DNA of 64,000 bases from Klebsormidium nitens. Its lineage: Eukaryota > Plantae > Klebsormidiophyceae. Made by a program: the position numbers and the translations under genes. The stretch spans positions 182,157 through 246,156 of the forward strand of contig DF237017.1 of NCBI GenBank assembly GCA_000708835.1, read 5' to 3'. Numbering within the stretch: the stretch's first letter is position 1; each line of letters begins with the position of its first letter. This document shows positions 26,038 through 39,455 of the stretch, piece after piece. Below the pieces are notes generated by a model. The model was not told the DNA's origin and did not search any database. It worked only from the letters and a program-made list of their open reading frames with translations.

Positions 26038-26081
26038 CTGATCACCAGGTTGCCCAAGCTGATCACCAGGTTGCCCAAGCT
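26038..26081 (+). repeat. Two-copy 21 bp tandem repeat
   Basis: (g)ctgatcaccaggttgcccaag occurs twice. Confidence 0.85.
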
Positions 26082-26877
26082 CTGAGGCCTTCTGGCATAT
26101 TGATTGAGTCGGATGACCTTTGGTCCGACATAGCATGCAAAGCGATCGAGCTTGAAGCCCGCCGGCACCATGAAACGGATGCACGAAAACGCTGGCATGG
26201 ATTAGGTATTATTCTGACACGAGAAACACGTACGTTCCAAAATTGTAGAATCGTCTTTGTAGATTAGTATGCTTTTGAGGACCCACGACAGCGTTTCACC
26301 TGATTGGTATGTTGACCTATCTGATTGATGCCCTAAGTTCTGGCATGGCGGCAAGCGCAGTACGTCGGAATGCATCATGCCAGTGCTTGCCGCGAACTTA
26401 GTAACATGCGCATGCATGTTACTTCGCGCCGCGTGGCAGCGTGATTGCACACGTTTATACTGGGCCAGATGGCATAATGAACGGGCCACGTTTACGTACA
26501 TATCAGCTATAGTGCGCTTTTATACACGCAGTTTTGCCCGATCTAGATTTTTCATAAGCTCGTATAGATACCGTCACGTCGTATACTGATCATTCATACG
26601 CTGATTGCGCCCGCGAGTTTGCCGCATGGCAGCACATCATGTTCTACATTCATAAGGTCATGAGCCCAGTACCATACATGATATTGGCCTGGCCCGGTCT
26701 TCGACCTCGCACGTGCATGCGGCTGATTGAATTCGACACGCGAGCCACGGGAGCGCCTAGTCTTGCACACTTCTCGACCACGACATGAGTCCGGCGGTCA
26801 CAAGTACAAACGTTCCCTAGAAGTGAAAACCTGGTGAGACGGATGGCTAGGCTCGTGCCAGACTCGTCGAATCGATT

Positions 26878-29532
26878 TTATTGAAAAGCATTCTGCTTCT
26901 GTAATTCGTAATGTTGATGGTTGGATCAGTTTTCTCAACGGGATCCGTTTTGTTCTATATCACTTGCACCTGTGTTGCAGTTTTCGACTCGTCTACCAGT
27001 GCTTGGAGGAGGCCAATTGCACCTCCATTATTGGACGCACAAGCTGTCCGAATTTGCTGCAACACGTCCTCTGCCGTACCTACATCCCCTTTCCTAACGT
27101 ACTCCCTCACCAAGAAACCGAAAGTGCCAAAGGCAATATGGTCCGGGTCGAGGGTGATCCCCGCATCGATCACCCTTCGAAGGACACCTCGCGCGGCAGC
27201 CAAGTCGTCTGACTTCGTGTGCGCCCTCGCTACTAGACTGTACATCGAAAGACTTGGCTGCAAACTACCCGTGGCCGCCAGTTTCAGGACCTCCTCCGCC
27301 TCCGCTCCTTGACCGAGCTTCGCAAGCCCCTCCAACACTTTCGTATAGCTGGTGTTATTCGGGTGCAGCCCAATTTCCGTCATTTCCTTCAGGAGCTCGA
27401 GCGCTTCCAACGGGCTCCCCGCCTTGCAGTGCAGGTTGATCAGCGAATTGTAGAGCACCCGATCCGGCAAAACCTTCTCGTCCGCCATCTTGCTCGCGAT
27501 CGCCAAGCCCCCCAATAAATCGTCGGCCCTCGCATACGCATGTACGAGCAGACTGAAATGGAAGGCGTTCGGACGAACCCCGGACGCCTTCATGTCGTCC
27601 AACAACCGCGCCGCGCTCCCGATGTCCCCTGCTTTCACATAAGCGCTCATCAGACCGCTATAGGTTATCGCGTCCGGCTGCAGGCCCGCTGCCGTCATCT
27701 CCTCTAAGAGCTTCACTGCCTGCTCGGGTCGTTGACTCGCGGCATAGCCTTTGAGCAGTGAGTTATAAGTGGGGACGTCTAACTCCACGCGCTGAGTCCG
27801 TACTTCTTCTAAGAGGGCGTCGAGCGCAGTCCAGGATTTCAGTCGGACCAGCAGGCTCGTGACCTTGTTCACGAGTTTTGATTCGTGCCAGTAGTTCCCT
27901 TGATCCAGGATGAATCGCAGAACCTGCACCAACCGTTTGGAAACTCCGGGTTGAGTTGGTTGATCGATTTGTGTGAAAGTCGAGTTAAGGATACTTTTTG
28001 GGGTATCACCTGCCTTGTCTAAGCAGGACAGTGCACACAGCAACAGAACAAATGCAAAACATGAGCGCTGATCGTTGTACGCAGCGGAGCAATACCTCTT
28101 GAGGCGTTAAATGGCACCTGTCAAGAGGGGAAAAGTACAGACATACACAATGTACCAGCAATGAAAGTTTCTGACACCTCCAAATCTGCTGAGTGGAGAT
28201 TTGAAGATACAGTTAGTGTACCAACAGCATTCTCAGACATCTATAAGAAGCTCTTTTGAAAAGGCCTTCAACATATCGCGCACTGGAAGCGTTGCAATAA
28301 AGTGCAATAACCAGCGCTGCAGTTAAGTTCCAGCCTGATCTTCGAATTCAGGTCCTGCATTCATCTGCCAGAGGTTGTCTGATGTAAAGCGGTCAGAATG
28401 AACCCCGCCCCCCTAGAGCTTGGAACGATTACAAGGCTTCCGGATCCTCAGTCATTTGCCAGAGACCAATGAAATTGAATCCTGTCTTTCAGCAGGAAGA
28501 TGAATTCTACTGGAGACAACTTGCGAGGTGAGCCCAGGCCAATTCCATACAGCCGATGAAGAATCACCAATTTGAAGCCCTTCAGAGACCTTTAGCACAG
28601 AGCAGCAGGACTTTGGCATGGGTGTTGTAAAGTCTCTCAAAGGCAGTCTTGCCAGAATTTCCGAGCCCTAATAAGGTGTCAGGTCTTTGTGTGCAGACTG
28701 CATTGAGCACTCAAAATCAGGTTCTTTGAAACTTTCCATTGCAACATGAAGCATCGGGTCGTTCCCCAACAGATTTCAAATGGCACACTTTACACACTAT
28801 GCAGGAACTGAGAACCGGCGCTAACGCCAAACTAAACAGAATAAAGATCGAAGAAGACTGTAGCGGCAAATTTCTCACCATGATGCAACATCTCGCTTCC
28901 CCCCTCCTCTCAAACTCGTCGAGCGTGTTCACCACCAGCCCCCGGGAGACCCGCTCCAACCGGAGCAGAAGCGCTTTGACTGTTTCTGGATCCCTTTCCC
29001 GCCGCAGCAGCGCCATCGTCTCTACCACCTCCTTTGGAAGCCCCGCTCTCCAACCCAGCGGTTCGTCAGCTTTTCGCCGCCGCCAAGTGACGGGGGGTCT
29101 CCGAGTTTGCTGGCCTCCTCTCCCACTGGTGCTCGCCCCCCCATTCCGACTTGCACGGCCTTCATCGTCAGAAGACTTGGGAGCATAACCATCACTTCTT
29201 TCTCCGTTAGGCTTAGTGTCTCCCGCAATGCTGTCTGTGCGAGCTGCCTCCGGCGGCTGCAGGTGCTCACGTGCTGAGGTACTGCACTGAGGCGGTGTCA
29301 AGTGAAAGCCCTTCCTGTTTCGATGGCGGACAGCGGGCATCAAAGCCATCTGCTTACGTCCATTATAACTCTGTGTAAGACACGGAATTGGAAGACGAAT
29401 ACGTGCCAACTGCACTACTGCCAAACTGTGCTCGCTCCCGCACCTGCTCACGACACTGGCGTCATTCCTAGGCATACCCCATATGCCATGCCCCAAAGCT
29501 CCAAAAAAACCCTGTGCTACGCGGCTTCCCAT
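26878..29532 (-). CDS. P-class pentatricopeptide repeat protein with probable organellar targeting extension
   Basis: Exons about 29532-28879, 27923-26970 and a possible short terminal exon 26898-26878. About 7 tandem 35-aa motifs, e.g. VPTYNSLLKGYAASQRPEQAVKLLEEMTAAGLQPD, AITYSGLMSAYVKAGDIGSAARLLDDMKASGVRPN, RVLYNSLINLHCKAGSPLEALELLKEMTEIGLHPN. Start and last exon are uncertain. Confidence 0.9.
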
Positions 29533-30310
29533 CTGTACAAGCGTTCCAGCAACGGGCTTGGTTCCAAAGGTGGTGCTAACTCCGGAGAGAGGCACCACAA
29601 CTGCCTCTTCTTTGGTGGAACAACAAATGCTGCATTGCAAACAAGGTGGAACACTCGGGGGAACAGGGTTCAGACTCTACTTAAATCCTGGAGAATGCAG
29701 GGCTAGCTAGCAAGAGGAAGAGGCGCCACCATGAAGTGAATGTGGGAGACTCCGAAGAGGCGAATGCAGACAACGTCTCTCGAGCTGCAACTCTATCAGT
29801 GTCAAGTATCTTATACCTATACCACAGTTTGCAAATCCATCCAGAGGTGTGAATATCCAGCAGTCATTACCGTTTATACTCCACGTCGATTTCAAAACGT
29901 TCCTGCGGAGTCCACTTGCAACCATTATCGCCTCACCAGAGTCCGTGCAGACTCCGTATTCACATCTTCGGTAACTCAGCTTGGACAGTGCTAGCTTAAT
30001 GAAACCTTCAGGCTTCAGAGACTTTCTTCTTCTCAAGGACTTTCAGCAGAAGTCTGAGCCTCCTGTGCAGAGGCCGAAACACAGAGTATTATGGCGGTGC
30101 TGAGCAGGGGTTTCTGCAGCATGTGTTGGAGAAGATTGCCAAATTAAGGCAATCGTTGCAAGTGCTCAGGCTGCAAACACCTCGCATCAACCCACGCAGC
30201 GTCTAGTTCCCACCGCATCAAATTTTGAGAATTGAGCGTGCCTGCATCTGAAAGGCTGATTTTTCAACTTCATTTTTGCCAGCCTCTTTGGGGACAGCTT
30301 ACCAATCACC

Positions 30311-33300
30311 ATGGCACAGTCTGCGCTGCTCAAAACGAGCAGCATTGCCGGGATTGTCAGGGACAGCAACCACTTGTCACAGCTGGAGTCCACCGCTTCT
30401 TTTAGCCCTCTCTCAAGCAAACTCCCATTCCAGCATGGAGAGTCCTTCTTAGGAAATGGAACAGAACTTCGGCATTGCAAGCCGGTCAAAAAGTTGGTAG
30501 AGGCTCCGGAGCGAGCAACAGGTGTCTGCCGTGCGGAGGGGGGGTTTTTGGGGCGGATAGGCAGAGTTATCCAGGAAAAGGCAAAGAGTGATATTGATAG
30601 GTTGTTGTCGGGCACTGAGAAGACAAGGCAGAATCTGAAAGTGGTGGATGAGCTGCTCACATACTGGAAGTTGGAAGAGTCAGAAAACATTCTGGAAGAG
30701 TTAGAAGAGGTGAGTGTTCATTCGACAAAAACGTTGGATATGTAGAAAGGCAAGACACCTTCATGACGGCGTCGGGCCTGACAGCCAGTCTTTCTTTTGA
30801 AGAAGCGTCCTGGTTTCCCATTTCATCCTGCGCATGCAATCGTGTGGAAAGGCATTCCGGTGGTAGAAAGAGCCCTTCGGCCCGCGCAAAAGCGCTGTTC
30901 TTAACCTTGAATTTCCAGGAGTTCCAAGCCCCCCATCTTGTGTCCTTTGGGGGAGATGAACTGGGGCTACTCTTGAGAGGACTCCTGCTTTGGCTTGCTC
31001 TAGCGCCTGGCGTTCAGCTATTTGTATCAGAGTAGGCTTCTGGGAGCATACTGCAATTCGTTCAGCGCTCCTGAGGGGCAGGCAAACGCCGCAGCCCACT
31101 TTACACCACCCATCTTTCCACTCATCTCAAATCAAAACTGGGATCCTGATTCTTCATTGCTTTCCTTCTTATACTTGGAAGTACGTCTTGAGCATTCTGA
31201 ATCGTTCGGTTTGTGACAATCTTTCTTTAATGTTCCTGCAATTTCAGGACAGTGGGGCAGTTTGCTTGCAGCGGAGCTTTGAGCCTGAATGCATGCCTTT
31301 TCTCCCCGGTCTGAGAATTTGGATGGTAGGCTCTTGTGTCCAAGCTGTCAACCATCTTGGACCGTCTACATCTCATGAAGCCTTCGAAGCTCACAGAAAA
31401 TTCTCACATGATCATATTGTTCACTATGGGTTTGGTTTATTAAGCAGACAATATTGGTCTGTGTCAAGCACAACACCTTTTTTTGCAGGCTCTGCTGGTT
31501 GCTGACTTTGGCCCACGGACTAGTCTCAAAATCATTGATGCTATTAGGAAGGACATCCTGGCTGGGGAGATCAAAACGGGTGAAGAGATCAAGGTACGTC
31601 TACACTTCTCCTGTGTTTGCTCTGTTGTCCCCTTTGCACCCCTGCTTTTGGTATTTCAAGGGTCAACAACGTAGTTTGCTTTGCGACTGTTGTTGGATTA
31701 GAAGAAATGTCGACAGGTTAGCTTGCTGTGCCTCTCTGGTCGAAGTGAAAAGTACGATCTGAAGTACGGTCGAAGTTGCAACACACCAGTTGCATGTAGT
31801 ACCTGGTCATCTAAAACGTCTGAGCACCGGCCGTTTGATACGGTGATGGAAGGGAGCCTTTCTGTTTCTAGGACCTTTTCCAACAGATGTGCGTCATTGA
31901 ATCATTATTGCATACAAAACCATAGCTAACCATTCACTTGCCGTTTGAAAGTCGCCGGTGACTCAGTTCCAGGTCGAAGGGATTCGACCCGACATGTGTT
32001 CGTTTGAATCTTGATGGCGTGCCTAGAAGGGCTCGTTTCATATATGTAACTGCAAACGCAAACGCTTTTGCTGGTGCAGACTCGCCTGAAAGAGTCCATT
32101 GTTCGACTACTGACCAAGAAGGCCGGCTCAAGCGAGCTCCGCTTTGCAGCCCAGTAAGTTTGACTCCACTCTCAATCCCAGAATACCCCTGCGTCTAAAG
32201 GTTTCTCGTCTATGCTTTACTCCCTGAGCGCTTGGACTCCCTGCTTTTTTGTTCTTGAAGGGTTACCTGCTTCTGAGCCGCAAGTCACTTCACAGTGGCC
32301 ACATGCTACTCAGCGACCAGAAAGAGCAGAGTCAGAATAGAATTCAGACGACTTCAGTGAAAGATGACGAGCTCGCAAGGATATACCACTGCTTTCTGCG
32401 GTTCGTTTGTCGCTGACATCTTTCACACTCTTACGTGAACTTGCCCAAAACATAGCTGACCACCTATTCTCCAGGGCCCCAACGGTCATCATGGTCGCCG
32501 GTGTCAACGGAGGGGGCAAAACAACGACGATAGGTAGGGGACCCAGACCCCTAGCCAATCAAATTGTTGCAGCCTTCGAAAGCAGTCGGAATTTTCATGC
32601 ATGCTTCATCTCCTTGTTTAGATCTTATTCCCAAGCTTCGCAATCCTCTTGCCCGCCTCAGTTCCTATTGGATGCCTTTCCAGGCTTTGACACATCGTGG
32701 GAGAAAGCTCTAATTACCGGGCACTCTGGGCCGTGAAAGGACCTCAGGCTCTCTCCGTTCGACTTAGCAAAATGCATTGCGCATGCAGGGAAGTTGACGC
32801 ACCGGCTGAAGAACGAGGGCAAGACCGTGATGATGGCGGCGGGCGACACTTTCCGGGCAGCGGCGGTGGAGCAGCTCGAGAAGTGGGCGGAACGGACGGG
32901 GGCCGAGTTCGTCAAGGGGGCGGGAGTCAAGTCGCGGCCGTCAGCAGGTATCGTTTCTCGCTAGGGCGCCTCCTCTGTTGCTGAGCGGGGATTGGGACGA
33001 AACGAAAGGTTCAGAGCTCACAGCTGCAGACGTACAGTAGCAAGAGGAATGAAGTTCAGAGGGCCGGGTTCTGAGACAGGTTGCTTGGAGGGTGGGAGTA
33101 TCGAAGAAGGACTTGGAGATTCTGAAAATCGATGGCTCATTTGTGGAGGGGCGGGGGGTGAAGTCGACCTTAGTGACGCGGTAATAGAATCGCCGAGGCG
33201 AAGTAACGGGAAGCCACTTTCAGCATTGCCTGCGTTTTCACGATACTTTCTGGCCCTCATTGCGTCACTCTTCTTTGGCTCGTGCAGTGCTTGGACTTGC

Positions 33301-36300
33301 GTTGACGCAAGCCCGGTCAAAAGCCAACGCCGTCGACGTACTCATCTGCGACACTTCTGGACGTGAGTATCCCCACTCTCTACTCTTTTTTCTTTTCCTT
33401 TTCTTTTCGTTGTTGTTGTTGTTTGGGTCGAAGTGGCCAATCCTCATCAAATGTGACGTCGGGTGGTTCTCTCGGAGTACATGTAACTCCGGTTCTGCTC
33501 GATTGCGGGCAGCTACACAGTGGCCCCCTTTTGAAACGAAGGGTTTGGTAAATCTGCACTAAATTATCTTGAATCCCCAATCCGCTTATGACAGCGTTAT
33601 GACAACGTTATGGCAACATTATGCCAGCACGAACCAGGCCTCCAGCGTTTTCCTCTTGCCTTTGCTTGCTGCTTGTGTGCTCCACCGGAGTTGGTGCGAT
33701 TTAGTCAGCTTACGCACTAGCTCGATCAAGTGAGAAGTGCGTAGGTTATGCCTTTCGAACTGCCTGTGTCCGAAAGGTTCAAGAACCTTGCCTGCGCAGA
33801 GGTGGCAAGAAGAATACTATTTTGGTCCGTTAGTTTGCGAATGCGAATGCTGCTCTTGGCCGGCTTTTTGCCCTTGCGCGGTCCGTTGTTACCTAAACAT
33901 CATCATGCCAACATGCACACGCTTTGCATTCTTTTTGAATATACGAACAGATTTTGGCTTTGAAGCGTCAGGCGCTGCTTCTGCGGCTTTCGCTCGTTTC
34001 CTGGTTTGTGAGGCGGGGTTCAGTCGTGTGCAAAGAAAGTTCGACCTTTGCAGCCCCACTAACTCTTCAACCTGGTACACGTGGGAACGTGCTTTGCAAG
34101 AGCTTCAATTAGAGAAGGCATTTCTGACATAGATGCGACGTCGAGCGTAGAAACCAATCTGTTGCATGACTTTCTGGATGCTTGATGTTACCAGCGGTAC
34201 AGAGCTTTTCCGGGCTGCCTTTCTTCGTGTCCTTAGACGTGATCACCGGCATGTCCTAATCTGCCGACTGAAGGACGATCATGCTGCGGATCGAGCGTAG
34301 CATCCCGAGTTGTCAATAATGTTTGACGATTGCCGCCAACTTCTTTTCGTGCGTCTGTCTTAGTCTGCTTTCGAAAGTTCCCGTTTTTCTCGTTGCACGT
34401 TTCGTCGTCGTTCCAGCAAGCTCTGAGACCAACCTTCACTTGGATTGGCATTCTGGTTGTTTCTTTTGCTGCCGTGCCCACATCCACTTCGCCACTTAGA
34501 TGTTCTTGTCACGTCCATCACTCTAGTTCTTCATGTCACATTACGACCTGTCAAGCATTGCCGGAACTTGATCACTTATCAGGCCAGGAGTTTCATATCT
34601 CGTTTGCGACCCGCTTTCTGGTCAGTAGTTCTGGCAGGCGTACTGCGCGCCACTGCAAACGCAATTCGTGCCTTGTTAACAAGACGCTTTCTTCATAACC
34701 TTCGTTTTATGAGCATCTTGAGAGCACTAAGCGAGAAAGACTGGGAACGGAGCTTCTGTTGCTTTGGCGATCAGGGACCTGCGTAGTGGCACTGCATACA
34801 TCGACTTGCTTTTTCCCGGGAAAGCTGACTGGCGCTCAATTGAGCAGCACTGAGAGGTCCATGGCTGACGAGGAAGTACTCATTCCAACTGTGTCACGTT
34901 GATTGTGCCACCTTTTGACCGTTTCGATGTGAGCCGCCTGTCTTCTGGATGGTCTTCTTCCCTAGCATCTTCAAGCATCCGGTGCTGTCCTGCAGCCGGA
35001 AAATATCCTGACTGCTCAGGTCGAACCGGCGAAGGCTTTTGGCAGCAGATACCCCGCTTGGCACGATGGCTTAATGCAGCTTCTTTTCCGCAGTGATTGA
35101 AACAGACTCTTGCAAAAGCCGGGCAACCAACTTGCACTCTATCCATCGGGCTGGCAGCACTGAAGTTGCAGAGCCTGGTGCTTTACTCGCCACAGTTCTT
35201 CTTTACTCTGAGCCAGGCAGTCCAATTTTGGTGTTGAGTTTCTAGCATCAGCTGACCCACATTAGAATTGAGGCCATGCTTTCTTAACAAGCCGCACGCT
35301 TCGAACACGTCGTAGCACGTGCTGACTCCAATGACAGTCAGTTTCTGCTTTCGGCTGCAACCTCTTATGTGTCAGCGAGCGGAGTTTTTGTAATATATAG
35401 AAGCGGCTACCAGCCTAATACTGAAGCGCCCAACATTTTGGCATGGGAGATAAGGCTCGTCTTTGGCGGTGCATCGTTGCTTGCAAGTGCTTGCGCTGCG
35501 AGAACGGTCAGGCTGCTCTGTTTTTCGACTGATTGCTCAATCTGTAGGTATTTTTGAGTGGAATTATCATTGCGCCTGTAGTGTAACGAGTACTTGCATG
35601 GCAAGGACGACTGCTTCGCTGGCGGAACTTGGCTCCTTGGCCAGAAAAGAACCGTCCGCTCTTAGCCACCTGTCCGGGCTGTCCAATCTAGATGCGCATC
35701 ACTTGGCCTCCAACTGCATCTGCTCTCATGGGTTGAGAAAGGTTCTGAAGCGCGTCTTTTGGGAGATTCGAAGTGCCTCTTTGCGGGCCCATATTGCCAG
35801 AATTGGGAGCACGGTCAAGCCTGCGCTTACCATTCTCATCCCGAGAATCGGTTGCGTCCAACCGTTCCCCTAGCTCGACAAAGCTGCCTTTATCCGTGCA
35901 CAACCCAAGGAAGCTGCGGGTCTTCTACTGCTAGTGCCGGTTAATTGCATCATCGTACGGCAGACTGCTACGTGATTTCTCCGAATCTCTCCTCGAGCAA
36001 CTCATTGCGACTGTGCAAAGCTTCGTCCAGTGATCAAACCGCATTTTTGTACGTATCTCTGCTCAACCCCCTTGGGACTCGTTATGGTGAGCGAGTGAGC
36101 GCTGACGAAGTGACGAGTTTGGCAAGGAAGACGGTGGTACTGGGGTTGCGAGCCTCATCGTTGAATGTCTACCACTGAGCTACTCCTATCCGCTTTTCCG
36201 CAATGTTTGTGTCTAAGGACGGGTAGCTTCGTCAACTCTCAATCAAACCCTTCTGCCTGGAACGGCCAATGTTATTTGGTGGCTTCTTGCGCTGCTCTAG

Positions 36301-39094
36301 TAGGAAGACTTCGCCGCTGACATGTGCCAGTACTGCGCACGGAAAAAATTGTCGCTTTCTGGGAGTCAAGAGAGTTCGAGAGAAGATTTGGTTTGTTTGT
36401 AGCGCTGGAGGGTGTGGATACAAAGGAAGTTCGAAGCATGTCGTATTTGCAGCTTCCAAAAGGATCCTAGTCGCTCATTTTTTATGATCGAAAGCCCTTG
36501 CTTCGGCCATCTTTTCTAAAACCAGTTTCGGTCCCGCCTGACCAGACGGTGGTGCTTGTTGCCTTCGAGAAGCCGGTCTGCCCCAGCTCGTCTTTTGAAA
36601 ACAAGGAGCGAGAAATCCGATCAACCCGTCATTCTGCTGGAACGGTGGCGGAAGGCTTTTCAGCTGATCCAGTAATCTTCGCAGCGAGTCTTTACCATCT
36701 TACCGCGAATGCAAGGCTCCAGCTTTTGAGATGCTGGAAACCTGGGCATACTCTGCCGGTGGCTATGAGGACGTTCGTACTGGCACGATACTCCTTCGCC
36801 AATGTAGGCACGTCAATGAGCCATTTTATGAGTACGTCCCCCGACGTTGGCAGAATGCGCGTCGCTCATCCGCTCATTTGAAGGTCAACGACTGGTTTCC
36901 GCATGGCTGACCTGCATCAGACAAGGTCACTGGAAGAGGCTTGAAGCCTTTGTTTCAAAGCTTTACAGTGACTTAGCTTACATCCCCTTTGTTGACTTGA
37001 CGTTCCTCCTCTTGGGTACTGCCAAAGCACGGAGCTCTCATTGTGCTGACTGCATGTATGTGGCTGAACCATGTGCTTTCGGTTGTCATCCCTATTGACA
37101 CATGTTTTCTGATTTTTGCGCCAGGGCTTTGCGTCTGAGTGTCGTCTGCAAAGCTCTGTGTGACTCGTTTCGCTTGGGCTCGAGTTGCGGCCTAGGAGGA
37201 TCTGCAGCCCCTACGACGTTGATTGGAACTCTTTTGGCCGAATTTAATCTATCATCGGTGCAGCCAACACCACTTACCCACAGCGCTGAAACGTTATTCT
37301 GAACTGGGGCCTTCTAAAATTGTTCATCTGGTCAAACTAATTTGCAGTAGTTCTTAAAATAGCAATATACCTCTTCTCAGCATGATGAGGAATGGGGCAT
37401 CGCTAACGCTTCGCTGTTGCTGCATACAGGGCTGCACACAAATACGAACCTGATGGACGAGTTGAAGGCCTGCAAGCGAGCGCTGGCCAAGCAAATGCCG
37501 GACGCGCCGCATGTAAGCCCTCTCGAACGGCCTAGAATCGAGTTTGCCGTTGACCTTTGGTATGGGGCTCGCACCTGACCTCGCATGTGACAGACTGCGG
37601 GAGTCCTGAATGTATTCTGTAAGCTGGATTTCGTCCAAAAAGTGCTGCGCAAAGCTAAGTCATGTCGCGCGATCTGAGTCTGATTCGACGTTCGTTTGTC
37701 CTTACATGCCCTCCGTAAGCTCCCCAGAATACTAGTGGCTCTGCACAGTCGAACAAACTCCTGCAAGCTTTAGGTCTTTGCTAATGGGCTTGTGTGCCCC
37801 CCTGCACTGGTCATAGTAGTCCCTTGTTTCCGAGTCGCTGCTTGTGCGAGCACCCACAATGGAAACCGTTCGTAATTTGCTGTGGTGACGAGGCCTCCAA
37901 AATACTGAGCACGAGTGGATTGAAACCACGTGTTGCAGTATTTCGTAAAGTCCACCTTTGAGTGCGCTGACTCCGTCCCTTCTGTGTTCGATGATATCTT
38001 CAGTCTGTCAAGATCAGATTGTTCACTTGTTGCCTCCGCCCCGCAGGAGGTGCTCCTTGTTTTGGACGGGACGACAGGGCTCAACATGCTGCCGCAGGCG
38101 CGGGAGTTCAATGAGGTGAGCCAGGTGTCCCTCTCTTTGGCCATTTGTCACTCTCCATTGTCACATGTCGCTCTTTTCGCCTATCCCTCATTGTTCTGCT
38201 CCCACTTGACACCGTGTCTTTCCCACAGATTTGTACCATCTTTTTGTCTTGCAATCGCTGTCGGTGAGCTTTTGACCGCCAGTATTGCCGGTATGTTGTG
38301 AGCAGTGGTGATGCTTTTGAAGATCCATCTCTTGCAGAACCTGAAATGGCCTTGTGTTTTTGACGTTTTATCTTTTGCATCCTGCAGTATGTCGGGATCA
38401 CCGGGTTCGTGCTGACGAAGCTGGACGGGACGTCCAGGGGCGGATGCGTAGTAAGTCCGCCAGCATCTACCAGCCCTTTGTGTGTACCACAAAGTATATA
38501 ACGGCTGTTGGAATGGCGGGTCTTTGGCTTGAGTACGGCCACTTCGAATTCTGGCGCGATTTCCTGGCGCAAAACCCTGGGCAGTTTGACCGTCGCAAGT
38601 GATCCGTGGCAAACACTTCGTCGGTTCAGAAAATATACCAGTGCACTTTCCGAGAGTCAAGTTGCAAGGCTCGATGAAGAACGTTTCTCCCGTTGGAATA
38701 CTGAATTGAGAACACCACCGCTCATCTTGACTTGAAACACCATGGCTCATCTTGAAAACGGACCTTCTGGCATGGTTTTAGCCAGCTACCAGTCCGGTCT
38801 GGCAAAACCTCAAAGATGTGACGAGAAAGCGCCAGTCATCTCGCAAGGATTTGAACCGAGTTTGATCAAAGAAGCGGAAAAGGACAGACGTGTCACGTTC
38901 GTCCATCGTTCTGGTGCGTGGGTCCGAAATGGAAACGATGTACTTGGACTGAAACGACGTGCTTATTGTTTCAGGTGAGCGTGGTCGACGAGTTGGGCAT
39001 CCCCGTCAAGTTCGTCGGCGTCGGGGAGGCCCTAGAAGACTTGCAACCGTTCGATGCTGACGCGTACGTAGAGGCACTGTTTCCCAGGATATGA
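30311..39094 (+). CDS. cpFtsY: Chloroplast SRP receptor GTPase cpFtsY, 10 exons
   Basis: Exons 30311-30709, 31489-31593, 32080-32153, 32475-32533, 32789-32947, 33288-33362, 37430-37512, 38047-38115, 38388-38450, 38975-39094 are phase-consistent. Transit peptide plus SRP-GTPase motifs [56 protein letters not shown]. Confidence 0.97.
35598..35669 (+). ncRNA. Candidate C/D-like element in cpFtsY intron 6 (degenerate D side)
   Basis: ATGGC-AAG-GA...CTTA-GCCAC. Confidence 0.35.
36119..36183 (+). ncRNA. Candidate C/D-like (kink-turn) small RNA in cpFtsY intron 6
   Basis: TTGGC-AAG-GA-AG...CTGA-GCTAC; canonical D box, G-U pair in the terminal stem. Confidence 0.5.
36759..36824 (+). ncRNA. Candidate C/D-like (kink-turn) small RNA in cpFtsY intron 6
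   Basis: GTGGC-TAT-GA-GG...ATGA-GCCAT. Confidence 0.5.
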
Positions 39095-39375
39095 GGTGAC
39101 CCGGTTCTTGTTGGTGCCGCTCAAAAGATGATAATACTTGTGGAACAAATCTTGTAACAGGCCCTTGTATACCGTTCAACCAATAAGATAGCGACTGCGG
39201 CGTTCAAGAGGGAAAGCACTGAGCACTCACAAGTCGTGAATACGCTTTCCCATCGATTGGCTTGTATGCGACGCCCCGCAAGTATCCGCAAGCTACGGTT
39301 TACCGTCCTGCTTTCACCGAGCAATTCGTGCTGACTCTGTGAAGGGTTCGATCCTCAAGCTTGGACAAGTAGTCG

Positions 39376-39455
39376 GTAGCGACGAAGACGTTCCACTTTG
39401 GCAATTTGGCGTGACAGCCCTTCGTCAAAGCCTCTACTGTCTTGGTCTGAGCTAC
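39376..39455 (+). ncRNA. Candidate C/D-like small RNA with compensatory terminal stem
   Basis: GTAGC-GAC-GA-AGAC...GTCT-GA-GCTAC. Both stem arms differ from the consensus yet pair, the D box is CTGA, and AGAC/GTCT pairs beyond the GA-GA. Confidence 0.55.
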
